In this document: in pieces, positions 1-9,565 of the stretch
Layout of the letters: every line of letters starts with the position of its first letter
Numbering within the stretch: the stretch's first letter is position 1
NCBI GenBank assembly: GCA_963828255.1
Contig: CAWHDZ010000008.1
Span: 32,001 to 96,000, forward strand
Direction of reading: 5' to 3'
Origin: an uncultured delta proteobacterium
GTDB taxonomy: Bacteria; Myxococcota; Myxococcia; Myxococcales; Anaeromyxobacteraceae
DNA: 64,000 bases
Made by a program: the position numbers and the translations under genes
Notes under the pieces: model-generated
What the model was told of the DNA's origin: nothing
Database searches by the model: none
What the model saw: only the letters and a program-made list of their open reading frames with translations

Positions 1-1151
1 GCGTGGGCCTCGGCGCTGGTGCAGCCCATCTGCCACATGTTGGCGGTGGCCCCGCCCAGGTCGGTGATGGTGCCGCGGAACTTCGGGTCCTTCGTGATGG
101 TCTCGATCTCCCGGATCACGCTCCCGTGGCTGCGCGAGGAGACGTCGCGCCCCTGGTGCTCGGTGATGCAGCAGAAGGCGCACCCGGCGGCGCAGCCGCG
201 AAGGATGGCCACGCTCCAGCGGATCTGCTCCAGCGCCGGGATGTGGGCTCCGCCGTAGGAGGGGTGGGCGTCGCGGGCGAAAGGGAGCTCGTGGACCGCG
301 TCGAGCTCCTCCGTGGAGGGAGGCGGCATGGGCTCGTTCACCACCACGTGCCGCTCGGCCCTGCCGCGGCCATGTCGCTGCACCATCACCCGCGCGTTCT
401 CGTGGTTGTGCTCGAGGTGGTAGAGCTTCGAGAAGAACGCGAAGGTGCGCTTGTCCCGGGCCACCTCCTCGAAGGCGGGGAGCACGAGCGTCTTCCGGGC
501 CCGATCCTCGAGACCGGCGATGGCCAGGTCGGCCACCGCCACCGCGGTGCCCGGCACGTCCACGAGCCCGCAGACGTCCTCCCCCGAGGCCAGCCGCCGG
601 GCGATCTCGACGATGGGCTTCTCCCCCTGCCCGTAGACGAGCAGGTCGGCGCCGCTGTCCACCAGGACGGATGGCCGCACCCGGTCGTCCCAGTAGTCGT
701 AGTGGGCGATGCGCCGCAGCGAGGCCTCGACCCCGCCGATCACGATGGGCGTGGTCGGCCCGAAGGCCTGGCGCGCCAGCCGGGCGTACACCGTCACCGC
801 CCGGTCGGGACGCCGTCCCGCCTCACCGCCGGGCGTGTAGGCGTCGTCGGAGCGGGGACGCTTGTGGGCCGTGTAGTGGTTGACGAGGGAATCCATCGCT
901 CCGGCGGTGATGCCCACGAAGAGGCGGGGGCGCCCCAGGCGCAGGATGTCCTCCGGCGAGTCCCAGCGTGGCTGGGCGACGATCCCCACCCGGAAGCCCC
1001 GCGCCTCGAGCACCCGGCCGACGACGGATGCGCCGAAGGCAGGGTGGTCCACGTAGGCGTCGCCCGTCACCAGCAGCACGTCGATCGCGTCCCAGCCGCG
1101 GGCGGCGACCTCGTCGGGGAACATGGGGAGGAACCTGGGGGGCGTGTCCAC
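1..1151 (-). CDS. ygiQ: YgiQ/UPF0313 family radical SAM protein (3' end runs off the window)
   Basis: Hand translation from GTG at 1151: [40 protein letters not shown]...[16 protein letters not shown]...[18 protein letters not shown] (CxxxCxxC). Absent from the ORF track because there is no stop in the window. Confidence 0.9.
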   Translation of the reverse strand, partial: MDTPPRFLPMFPDEVAARGWDAIDVLLVTGDAYVDHPAFGASVVGRVLEARGFRVGIVAQPRWDSPEDILRLGRPRLFVGITAGAMDSLVNHYTAHKRPRSDDAYTPGGEAGRRPDRAVTVYARLARQAFGPTTPIVIGGVEASLRRIAHYDYWDDRVRPSVLVDSGADLLVYGQGEKPIVEIARRLASGEDVCGLVDVPGTAVAVADLAIAGLEDRARKTLVLPAFEEVARDKRTFAFFSKLYHLEHNHENARVMVQRHGRGRAERHVVVNEPMPPPSTEELDAVHELPFARDAHPSYGGAHIPALEQIRWSVAILRGCAAGCAFCCITEHQGRDVSSRSHGSVIREIETITKDPKFRGTITDLGGATANMWQMGCTSAEAH

Positions 1152-1200
1152 GGGACATACATGTGCCCCACGTCGCCCCGCGATCAAGCCTCCACGCTTT

Positions 1201-1228
1201 TTGACCGATTGACGGGCGGCGGTATCAT
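1201..1228 (+). promoter_or_regulatory. sigma70-like promoter for the 1255 gene
   Basis: TTGACC-N16-TATCAT, 26 nt upstream of the ATG at 1255. Confidence 0.45.
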
Positions 1229-1254
1229 CGAAGTTCGGAGCGGCACCCGCACAC

Positions 1255-2208
1255 ATGATCGACATCCAGGAAGCCAGCCGGGAATTCAGCGAGCTCGACG
1301 AGAGGCTTCGCTCGGGAGGGCTCACGCCGGAGGAGCAGGCGAGGTGGGAGGATCTCCGCGCGGCCACCGCGGCGGATCCCGTCATCGAGGAACCGGCCAG
1401 GGTGCACTGGGACGACGGGCCGGTGGAGGCTCCGGCCGAGCTCTCGACGTGGGACTTCCCGGACGCCGCCGCGCGGGAGCCCGGGTCGCCATCCGTCCCT
1501 CCGCCCGACCCGGCCTACGCGGCGGTCCCCGTGGAGGATGTGGAGGAGGTCATCCCCGAGGTCGCAGCGGAGGACGTGGAGGAGGTCCTGCCCGACACGA
1601 ACGCCCCGGTCGCCCTGGCCGCGGTTTCGTGGATCGACGAGGACGGTCCCTCCGGCGAGGTCGTGTCCCTCGACGCGCTGCTCGCCACGCCGCCGCCGGC
1701 CAGCGCCGAGTCGCTGGCGCCCCCGCTGCCGCCCCCCTTGCCCGCGCCGACGCACGGCGTCGAGGCGCCCCGTGCCCCGGCCTCGCCGCCGCCCTGGTCC
1801 CTCCGGGCGACGACGCCCAATCCGTTCGCCCCCTCTCCGTCGTTCGTCGCCGGCGACCACCGCATCGTGCTCCACACGGTCGAGGGGCAGGTCCTGCGCG
1901 GGTCGCTCGCCAATGCCGACCTCGCCGACCCGGAGCTCCCGCTCATCCAGCCCAGCGGGGCGGTGGCGCGGATCCCGGCCGAGCAGGTGAAGGCCATCTT
2001 CTTCATGCTCCAGGCCGGCGATCGTCCCGCAGCGGCCGCCGGCACGCGGGTGCGGGTCACCTTCGGCGACGGTCGGCAGATCTCCGGCCTCTCCCCCGAC
2101 TACTCGCCCGACTCCCTCGGCTTCTTCGTCCTGCCGCTCGACGGCCGGACCAACACCGCGCGGGTCTGGGTCTACCGGGCCGCCGTCCGGCAGATCACGG
2201 TGGCGTAG
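1255..2208 (+). CDS. Myxobacterial hypothetical protein (DUF6982-like C-terminal domain, acidic/Pro-rich linker)
   Basis: ORF 317 aa; C-terminal [17 protein letters not shown]...VKAIFFML...[14 protein letters not shown]...GFFVLP. Confidence 0.7.
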   Translation: MIDIQEASREFSELDERLRSGGLTPEEQARWEDLRAATAADPVIEEPARVHWDDGPVEAPAELSTWDFPDAAAREPGSPSVPPPDPAYAAVPVEDVEEVIPEVAAEDVEEVLPDTNAPVALAAVSWIDEDGPSGEVVSLDALLATPPPASAESLAPPLPPPLPAPTHGVEAPRAPASPPPWSLRATTPNPFAPSPSFVAGDHRIVLHTVEGQVLRGSLANADLADPELPLIQPSGAVARIPAEQVKAIFFMLQAGDRPAAAAGTRVRVTFGDGRQISGLSPDYSPDSLGFFVLPLDGRTNTARVWVYRAAVRQITVA

Positions 2209-2225
2209 CAAGGCAGGGCGACGCG

Positions 2226-2795
2226 CTAGTCGACGAGCCCCTGCTCGCGCGCCAGCAGGGTCAGGCGTTCCTTCAGCCGCTCGAACCGCTTCCGGAGCGC
2301 GGCCGGTTCGATCCTCTCGCCGTCCTTCGATACCACCTCGGCGATCTCGTCCCAGGAGAATCCCTGGTCCACGCGGAGCGTCAGGAGTGACTGCTCCTCG
2401 TCGCTCAAGGCCTCCCTCAGCTTGTCGAGCGTCCGCTTCTGACGCTCCACGCGCACCACCGACTTGGTCCGGATGTCCTCGGCCAGCGCCGTGGCCTCCC
2501 CGGTCTCGAAGGGCCGGCCGAGGCGGTTCCAGCCGTCGCGCTTCAGGTTCGTGGCGGCGCGCAAGGCGATGCGGTACAGCCAGGTCTGCAGGGACAATCT
2601 CCACTCGAACTGGGGAAGCCCCTTCCAGACCTGCTCCGCGAAGAGGGAGAACGCATCGGCGGCATGGGCGTCGCTGCGGAGAATGGCCCCCTGGTAGCGG
2701 AGCACCTTCGGTCCGAAGTGGCGCAGCACCGCGGTCGCGGCTTCCCGCGTGTCGCCCGCCGCCAGGAGGTCCCGGACGCGTTCCTCGATGGCCAT
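2226..2795 (-). CDS. ECF-type RNA polymerase sigma factor
   Basis: C-terminal part of ORF 2226..3392: region 2 (VWKGLPQFEWRLSLQTWLYRIA) and region 4 (LSDEEQSLLTLRVDQGFSWDEIAEV). Start ATG 2795 (alternative 2807). Confidence 0.85.
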   Translation of the reverse strand: MAIEERVRDLLAAGDTREAATAVLRHFGPKVLRYQGAILRSDAHAADAFSLFAEQVWKGLPQFEWRLSLQTWLYRIALRAATNLKRDGWNRLGRPFETGEATALAEDIRTKSVVRVERQKRTLDKLREALSDEEQSLLTLRVDQGFSWDEIAEVVSKDGERIEPAALRKRFERLKERLTLLAREQGLVD

Positions 2796-2827
2796 GGCCG
2801 GCATCATATCCCGTCGTGGTTCGATGC

Positions 2828-4192
2828 TCACCGGGCCAGGAGCGCCCATCCGATCACGCACGCGCCGGCTGCGAGGACCGCCAGCAAGGCAAGGCGGTTC
2901 CGACGGGCCGGGACCGGCCCGGGGCGGCCGGCCCCGGTCTCTGCGGGATCCATCGCCGCCTGGACCGCGATCAGCCCCTCGAGCCATGCCGCACCGTCCC
3001 GGGGGCGGGCGTCCGGCCGGGGGTCCAGGGCCGCCGCCAGGAGCGCCTCGAGCCGGGGAGGGAGGCCGGCGCCCTCCACCGCGGGGCAGGCCCCTTCGTC
3101 CAGGACCGAGCTCCACTCCGGGGTCACCACGTAGGGAAGCTTCCCGGTCACCGACTCGAACAGCATGGCCGCCGCACCGAACACGTCCGTCCGGGTGTCC
3201 TGGCTTCCCTCGCGCCACTGCTCCGGTGCCATGTAGGCCGGGGTGCCCAGCGCTCGCGGCTCCCCGTCCCCGAAGACGTGCGCGATCCCGAAGTCGAGCA
3301 CCTTCACCCTGCCCCCCTCGCAGAGGAAGACGTTCGACGGCTTCAGATCCCGGTGGACGACGCCCGCGGCATGGGCGTGCTCGAGCGCCCACGCGACGTC
3401 GATGGCAACGTCAATGGCCAGGCGGAGCGGCAGGGCGCCTTCTCGGAGGCGACCGTGCAGCGTCTGGCCGCGCAGGAGCTCGAGGATGAGGAAGGGACCG
3501 CTCTCGCACCTCCCCACGTCGTAGATCTGGACGATGTTGGGGTGGCTCAGCTGGGCGATCGCCTCGGCCTCCTTCTGCAGCTGCTCCTTCCGGAGGCGGA
3601 CCTGGGAGAAGCGGCCCGGCTTGACCGCCTTGAACGCGACGAGCCGGCCGAGCTCCCGGTCCCTGGCCTCGAAGACGAGGCCGAAACCGCCTCGCCCGAT
3701 CTCCTGAACCAGCTCGAACCGGCCGATGGTCGCGCCCGGGAACAGGACGCGGCGCCACTCGCCGTCGTCCTCCCCGCAGGGCCCCTGTGCGAGGTCGAGC
3801 ATGAGCGCCGTGATTCCGCCGCGCCGAACCGGCGGCTGGCTCGTGTCCGGGGCGTCGGAGCCGGTCTCCGGCGGCGCCTCGGCTCCGGGCGGCGTGCGAA
3901 ATGTCAGGCGGAGCGTCCCGATCCGGATCTCCGAGCCGCTGCCCACCCGGACGGGGACCCGAGGCTCGGCCGGGACACCGTCGATCTCCGAGCCGTTCGT
4001 GGACGCCAGGTCGGTGTAGCGGGCCCCGTCGCCGTCGAAATGGATGACCCCGTGGAACGAGGACACGAACGGCATGGGTACGGCGATGTCGTTTCGCGGG
4101 CTGCGACCCAGGCGCACCGGCGACTGCGCGAAGGCGCACGGCCGCCTGGACTTCTTCTCGGTGTCCTCGATCCAGACGACGAACGGATTCAC
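2828..4192 (-). CDS. FHA-domain Ser/Thr protein kinase with C-terminal TM helix
   Basis: FHA (LGRSPRND...VSSFHG...DLASTNGS); kinase motifs GRGGFG, VAFK, HRDLKPSN, DFG, GTPAYMAPEQ; hydrophobic C-terminus; GTG start 4192 after GGGGGA. Confidence 0.9.
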   Translation of the reverse strand: MNPFVVWIEDTEKKSRRPCAFAQSPVRLGRSPRNDIAVPMPFVSSFHGVIHFDGDGARYTDLASTNGSEIDGVPAEPRVPVRVGSGSEIRIGTLRLTFRTPPGAEAPPETGSDAPDTSQPPVRRGGITALMLDLAQGPCGEDDGEWRRVLFPGATIGRFELVQEIGRGGFGLVFEARDRELGRLVAFKAVKPGRFSQVRLRKEQLQKEAEAIAQLSHPNIVQIYDVGRCESGPFLILELLRGQTLHGRLREGALPLRLAIDVAIDVAWALEHAHAAGVVHRDLKPSNVFLCEGGRVKVLDFGIAHVFGDGEPRALGTPAYMAPEQWREGSQDTRTDVFGAAAMLFESVTGKLPYVVTPEWSSVLDEGACPAVEGAGLPPRLEALLAAALDPRPDARPRDGAAWLEGLIAVQAAMDPAETGAGRPGPVPARRNRLALLAVLAAGACVIGWALLAR

Positions 4193-4384
4193 GCGTCCCC
4201 CGGCCCGGTGGGCCGCGCGGAGGGGGCGGGCGCCCCGAACGCGGCGCTGATTTGCGTACCACGCACCGGCGAACGGAGGCAACCGCCCGGCCGCGCCGGG
4301 CCGTGATCCCGGCGGCACGGTTGACTTGGAACCGACGCGCAGGCGAGATTTTCCCCCTCATCCGGTGGTGTGGGGGGGGTCGCG

Positions 4385-5836
4385 ATGTCTGGAACCTGGA
4401 TCATGCGCCTGGCGGTGCTCGCCCTCCTGGGCGCGGCGCCCCTCCGCTCGCCGGCGGCCGGGGGCGAGACCACGGCGGTGCTGGCCGTGTCGGAGCCGCC
4501 CGGACCCTCTCCCGAGCTCATCGAGATCTCGAGGCAGGTGCGCCAGGCGCTGGCCGAACGCAGCCCGGGGGTCCTCGAGGCGCAGCAGGTTCGCGAGCGG
4601 ATGGCCGGGCCCGACGTGCCCGCGCAGCTCGCGGAGCTGGATCGATCATACGACGCGGCGCGAACCGCCTACCAGAACGGCGACTTCGCCACCTCCATCC
4701 GTTCCTTCCGCGCCGTCACCACCTCGCTCGCCAAGCTGCCGCCGGGCGACGACGTCTTCCAGGCGTGGACGCGGGCGATGCTGCGACTCGCCAAGGCCGA
4801 GTCGGACCTCGGTCGCACCGACGAGGCGCGCGCCGTCCTCGACCGGCTGGTCCGCGCCGCCCCGGCCGTCGTCGCCGACCCCGAGCTCTACCCGCCCAAG
4901 TTCGCCCGGCTCGTCGAGGAGGCGAAGGGAAGGCTGGCTGCGCTCCCCACCCGTCGGCTCGCCATCGGCTCGACCCTGCCGGGGACGCGCGCCTACGTGG
5001 ACGGGCGGCCGGTCGGCGAGGCCCCGATCAAGGTCGAGCTCGCGGCTGGCCGGTACCGGGTCTCGGGACGCTCGGGATCGACACGGTCGGTGGTGGTCGA
5101 GGTCGACCTCGGCTCGAGCGACCAGGAACTGCCCCTCGATTTCTCCCCGGCCCAGTCGCTCCGGCCGCTGCTCGGTCCCGGCCTGGCCCTGGCTGAGCCC
5201 GCCTCCACCCGCGGCGCGGTCTCGGCCGGCGCCCTCCTCGGGCTCGACGCGCTGGTCGCGGTGAACCTGGACGGCCCCGCCATCCTCTCCGGCCGGGTGT
5301 TCGACGTCTCGAAGGGGACCCTGACGCGCGAGGGGAAGGTGCGCCTTGTGAACCGTGCGCTCCCCCTCGGCGGCGCCACCGCGCTGGCCGAGTTCCTCGC
5401 CACCGGGAGCACGGCCTCCGGCCTGGTCCTCCTCCCGGGCGACCCGTCCCTGGCCGTGGACCTGTCGACGCCGGCGCTTCCGGCCTCGGCCCTGGACTCC
5501 GCGAGGACGGGCGCCCCTGCCAGCGACTCGAGGGTCCTCGGGTGGACCGCCTTCGGGACCGGCGTCGCGGCCGTCGGCCTGGGCGGTGTCGCCATCTGGC
5601 AACTGCTCTCCTCCAACAGCAGCTACTCCCAGGCCCAGTCGATGCTCGATCCCTCCGGCGCGCTCCCTCCCGGCGCCGACGCGAGCCAGTACCAGGCCCT
5701 CATCGCCAGCGGCGATTCGTCGCGACAGGTGGCCGTCATCACCGGGGTCGGCGCTGGCGTATGCCTGATCGCGACGGGAGTGCTGGGCTACCTCAGCATC
5801 AAGCAGACGGGCGAGCTCGGACCCTTCCGCTTCTAG
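4385..5836 (+). CDS. Exported TPR-like + PEGA domain protein with C-terminal hydrophobic segments
   Basis: Signal peptide MRLAVLALLGAAP; helical repeat region; PEGA-like STLPGTRAYVDGRPVGEAPIKVELAAGRYRV. Confidence 0.75.
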   Translation: MSGTWIMRLAVLALLGAAPLRSPAAGGETTAVLAVSEPPGPSPELIEISRQVRQALAERSPGVLEAQQVRERMAGPDVPAQLAELDRSYDAARTAYQNGDFATSIRSFRAVTTSLAKLPPGDDVFQAWTRAMLRLAKAESDLGRTDEARAVLDRLVRAAPAVVADPELYPPKFARLVEEAKGRLAALPTRRLAIGSTLPGTRAYVDGRPVGEAPIKVELAAGRYRVSGRSGSTRSVVVEVDLGSSDQELPLDFSPAQSLRPLLGPGLALAEPASTRGAVSAGALLGLDALVAVNLDGPAILSGRVFDVSKGTLTREGKVRLVNRALPLGGATALAEFLATGSTASGLVLLPGDPSLAVDLSTPALPASALDSARTGAPASDSRVLGWTAFGTGVAAVGLGGVAIWQLLSSNSSYSQAQSMLDPSGALPPGADASQYQALIASGDSSRQVAVITGVGAGVCLIATGVLGYLSIKQTGELGPFRF

Positions 5837-7542
5837 CGCGCGGAGAAGTTGAACGTCCGCGTGACCCGCTCGCCGGCGCGGACCTCGATCCGTTCCTGGC
5901 GCCGTCCCAGCTGCGGGTGGGTGGCGACCACGAAGACGGTTCCCGACCGGATGCGGAACTCCTTGGGCGCCTCGCCGTACGGCCGGCCGTCGAGGAGAAC
6001 GTCGCCGAAGGGCTCCACCTGCACCGAGAGTACGCCCTGCCCGGTCGAGGCCGCCGGCGTGGCGATCGCGTTCAGGGCGTCCTGGACCTCGACGGGCTCC
6101 CGGTTTCGCGCGGCCTCGCGAGGCCGGGACGCCGGGGTCGCTGGCGCCGCCCGGTCCGGGAGCGCGGAGGCCGGGGAAGGCTGGGGCTCGGCCGCCGGGG
6201 CAGGGCTCGGCGCCGACGCCGTCGGCGGAGCGGCGGGCGGCGCTGCCGGGGCCGTGGAGACCGGCCCTGCGGCGGCGGATGGAGGGGCGGAGGGGCGCAG
6301 GGCGCGAACCCCCAGACCGGCGGCCACGACGGCGAGGATCGCGGCGACGCCCGCCGCGACGGTGCGCGGCCGGAGCCCCCCGGCGTTCCCGCCAGGAGCC
6401 GGTCTGGTGGATTGCGCCTGGCCGGTCCGGGCCGGAGTCCGCCGCACCGGTGGCGGCACCCTGGGCGGCGGCGGCGCCTCGGCGGGGGGGGGGGTCTTCC
6501 CGGGGGGGCGCGGGCCGGGCGTGGTCCGGTCGAGCACCGCGGTCTGGTGCGTGTCGCGAACGTCCCCGTCGTCCGGCCCGGGAAGGAGCTCGCAGGCCAG
6601 CAGCAGTCGGCCCATCTCCTCGGCATCAGCCGGCCGCGCGCTGCGGTCCACCGACAGCGTCCGCATCACCAGCGCCTCGAGCTCCGGCGAGTAGGCGCGA
6701 CCCGGGCACCGCACGCTGGGCGGGAGCGGCTTCTCCACCAGGTGCTTTCGCACCAGGTCGAGCGGCGTCCGCCCCTCCACCGGAAGCTCGCCGGTGAGCA
6801 TCTCGTAGAGGATGACGCCGACGGCGTAGAGATCGCTGCGCGCGTCGAGTTCGGTATCCTCCCACTGCTCCGGGCTCATGTAGCCCGGCGTGCCGCACAC
6901 CAGCCCGTCCTGGGTGAGGGTCCGTTGGCCCTCCCCGGGCTCCAGGATCTTCGCGATGCCGAAGTCGAGCACCTTGACGAGGTCCCGGGCATCGCGCCGG
7001 GACTCCAGCATCACGTTCTCCGGCTTGAGATCGCGGTGCAGGATGCCGTCGGCGTGGGCTTCGGCGAGTGCCGCCAGGATCTGCTGCCCCACCCGGACGA
7101 CCCGCCGCTCGGGCAGGGGCGAGTCGGCGGCGATCACCTCGGCGAGGCTCCTCCCCGCCACGTACTCCATCACCATGAAGAGCGTCCCGTCGGCCGCCTG
7201 GCCGAAGTCGGTGACGTTGATCACGTTGGGGTGGCGAAGCCGGGACGCAGCCCGCGCCTCTCGCTGGAAGCGCTGGACGATGGCCGGATCGGCGAGCAGG
7301 GCCTTCTTCAGGATCTTGATGGCGACGGGCGACTCGAGGGTGACGTGCTGCCCCTTGTAGACCTGCCCCATGCCTCCTCCGCCGATCCGCTGCTGGACGA
7401 AGTAGACGCCCCGGAAGGTCTGGCCGATGAAGGGATCCCCGGCCTGCCCCTCGATCGGTGAACCGGGAACGGCGTTGCCGCAGAAGGCGCAGAAGAGCGC
7501 CCCGGGCGTCAGTTCACGGTTGCACCGGCTGCAGGAGAGCAT
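5833..7542 (-). CDS. Membrane Ser/Thr protein kinase (N-terminal zinc ribbon, Pro-rich linker, TM, C-terminal PEGA-like domain)
   Basis: CSRC...CAFCG; GGGGMGQVY, VAIK, HRDLKPEN, DFG, GTPGYMSPEQ; TM VAAGVAAILAVVAAGLGV; DVLLDGRPYGEAP. Confidence 0.92.
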   Translation of the reverse strand: MLSCSRCNRELTPGALFCAFCGNAVPGSPIEGQAGDPFIGQTFRGVYFVQQRIGGGGMGQVYKGQHVTLESPVAIKILKKALLADPAIVQRFQREARAASRLRHPNVINVTDFGQAADGTLFMVMEYVAGRSLAEVIAADSPLPERRVVRVGQQILAALAEAHADGILHRDLKPENVMLESRRDARDLVKVLDFGIAKILEPGEGQRTLTQDGLVCGTPGYMSPEQWEDTELDARSDLYAVGVILYEMLTGELPVEGRTPLDLVRKHLVEKPLPPSVRCPGRAYSPELEALVMRTLSVDRSARPADAEEMGRLLLACELLPGPDDGDVRDTHQTAVLDRTTPGPRPPGKTPPPAEAPPPPRVPPPVRRTPARTGQAQSTRPAPGGNAGGLRPRTVAAGVAAILAVVAAGLGVRALRPSAPPSAAAGPVSTAPAAPPAAPPTASAPSPAPAAEPQPSPASALPDRAAPATPASRPREAARNREPVEVQDALNAIATPAASTGQGVLSVQVEPFGDVLLDGRPYGEAPKEFRIRSGTVFVVATHPQLGRRQERIEVRAGERVTRTFNFSAR

Positions 7543-7572
7543 CGCAGCCGGACATGTTAGCAGGGCTCCGCG

Positions 7573-7776
7573 CTAACGCGTGCCGCTCCCCCGGAACCCG
7601 GGGTCGCGCGCCGCCATCCCCGCGATGACGGCCTCCACCACGTCGTTCGCCACCGGAACCGGAGGCGTGGGGATGCCCGGCCGCACCGCATCGCGCGGGG
7701 AGGGCCCCGCGCCGACGTCGTCTCCTGCAGGTGCCGCGAGCGCCGCGAGCCATCCCGGAACCATCTCTCGAGCCAT
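7573..7776 (-). CDS. Small hypothetical protein (67 aa)
   Basis: GGGAGG Shine-Dalgarno just upstream of ATG 7776, and TGCTACCGT extended -10-like motif at 7795-7803; no recognisable domain. Confidence 0.4.
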   Translation of the reverse strand: MAREMVPGWLAALAAPAGDDVGAGPSPRDAVRPGIPTPPVPVANDVVEAVIAGMAARDPGFRGSGTR

Positions 7777-7916
7777 GTCCAGCCTCCCGGAATGACGGTA
7801 GCAGCCCAGGTCCTGTGCGCCGCAAGGGACCGGTGTGGGCGGACCTGGCTCCCGTGACTACTGCTCGACTCGTCTGTTATCCTCCCCGACCGTTCGATGC
7901 CCGAAGCGGAACGCGC

Positions 7917-9425
7917 ATGAAACGACACGCCCTGGCAGGTCTCCTCGTCGTCCTCTGGGCGTGCACCCCGCGTCCGGACCCCGACGCGCTCGTGACCCGA
8001 ATGGTCACCGGGGACTTCACAATCCGCCACTGGCAGGACGACGGGACGATCACGGAGGTCGTGGACGACAGCGTGGCGGGGAGCACCGTCTCTGCCTTCT
8101 CCTGGGAGCCCACCGGGGGACGCTTGGCCTCGGCGCAGGTCAGCACGGCCGGCACCTTCACCATTCCCTCGGCGCCCGCCGACCCGTTCTACCTCGTGCT
8201 CGACACCCGTGCGCGGGGCTTCAACGTGGTCGTGTGGGAAGCGGACGCGGGGCAGCTCTCCGTCGACCGGACCTACGCGGGACGGTCCGACACGGCGACG
8301 GCGCGGACGAGCACTCCGGTCACGGTGAGCGTCTCGAACCTCGAGCCCTGGGCCTCGGGCGTGCTCGAGGCCACCTCGTCGAACGCGGGCTTCCTGGCCG
8401 TGCTGGCCGGATCGCTCTTCGGGGCACCCGACCTCCCGTCCGGCGCCGTGGACACCTCGGGGCTCCCCGGGCCGGTCGACTGGTACACCCGGCTCCGCGT
8501 TCCCTACCTCCCGGACGCCTCCCGCGGGGACGACGTCTGGGTTCACCAGCTCCAGGGCCAATCGGTCCCGGCCGGCCTGCCCGGAGCCGGTCTCTGGTAC
8601 CTCGCCGCCGCCCGGTACGCGCGCCTCACGGACCTGACGCTCCAGAGCGGTACCCCCGCCTCCCTGACCGCAAGCCTCGTCGATGCCACCCCTCACGCCC
8701 TTCCGCTGACGCTGCCGGTCTCGCAGTGGGAGGCGCTGAAGCCGGGCATGGGGGTCGGTCCCACGGCGATCGGGATCGTGGTGAGCGTGGCCGCGACGCC
8801 TTTCTCGACCGGGCTCCCCTCGCCCTGGATCGAGGGGGGAATCCCCGATCTCCTGTACACCTTCGTCCCGGCGGGGTCGGGGAACGTCACGGGCGCCTCG
8901 CTCACCTACGGCCGCTTCCTCGACGCGCGGTGGAACGAGGTGCTGATCACCGAGTTCCGGGCCTCGGTCCAGTACCCGGTGTCCGGCGGGAATCCCGTCA
9001 CCATGTTCAGCAAGATCTACCGCGCCGAGGCGCTCACCGGGGATCCGGGCACGATCTCCCCGGTGGTCGGACCTCCCTCGGATCCGCTGATCAACGGGAA
9101 GAATCTCTTCGGCCAGGAGTCGGGCGTGTCGACCACCCCGCTCCTGTCCTGGTCTCCGCCTCACCTCGGGACGGCGACGAGCTACGAGCTGGAGCTCTAC
9201 CGCCTGAACGGCAACTCCACCGCGACGCTCGTGCTCCACGCCTTCCTCCGCTCGGCGTCGTTCCGCGTGCCCGGGGAGATCCTCCTGCCGTCCTCGGCGT
9301 ACTTCGCGCGGATCACGGCCCACTCGGCCCCCTGGGACGTCCCGGGCTACCTCGGGACGTACGGATTCGTGCCCGGCTTTCCGTTCGCGTTCGCCTCCTG
9401 CCTCACGAGCACGTTCAGCCCGTGA
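7917..9425 (+). CDS. Lipoprotein with ~450 aa beta-rich domain ending in an FN3-like module
   Basis: MKRHALAGLLVVLWAC lipobox; TTPLLSWSPPHLGTATSYELEL; similar to two domains inside the downstream giant protein. Confidence 0.8.
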   Translation: MKRHALAGLLVVLWACTPRPDPDALVTRMVTGDFTIRHWQDDGTITEVVDDSVAGSTVSAFSWEPTGGRLASAQVSTAGTFTIPSAPADPFYLVLDTRARGFNVVVWEADAGQLSVDRTYAGRSDTATARTSTPVTVSVSNLEPWASGVLEATSSNAGFLAVLAGSLFGAPDLPSGAVDTSGLPGPVDWYTRLRVPYLPDASRGDDVWVHQLQGQSVPAGLPGAGLWYLAAARYARLTDLTLQSGTPASLTASLVDATPHALPLTLPVSQWEALKPGMGVGPTAIGIVVSVAATPFSTGLPSPWIEGGIPDLLYTFVPAGSGNVTGASLTYGRFLDARWNEVLITEFRASVQYPVSGGNPVTMFSKIYRAEALTGDPGTISPVVGPPSDPLINGKNLFGQESGVSTTPLLSWSPPHLGTATSYELELYRLNGNSTATLVLHAFLRSASFRVPGEILLPSSAYFARITAHSAPWDVPGYLGTYGFVPGFPFAFASCLTSTFSP

Positions 9426-9565
9426 ACCCCCTCCAAGGCCCCTTCGAGCCCCTTTTTTGGTGAATTCTCGATTCCCTGGGGTTTTCCACAGGGAAACGCG
9501 GTGGGGCGTCCTGGCAGGATCCCCCGTCTGGTAGCGCCAATCTCCGGGCGCTGGTGGGGGGCCAC

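Noticed and set aside
3..2390. 795-aa plus-strand ORF
   Set aside because: Antisense shadow of ygiQ running into an off-frame read of the 1255 gene; Arg/Gly/Pro-rich with no motifs.
9482..9490. TTTTCCACA matching a DnaA box
   Set aside because: Single copy inside an inverted repeat; no box cluster, unwinding element or dnaA context.
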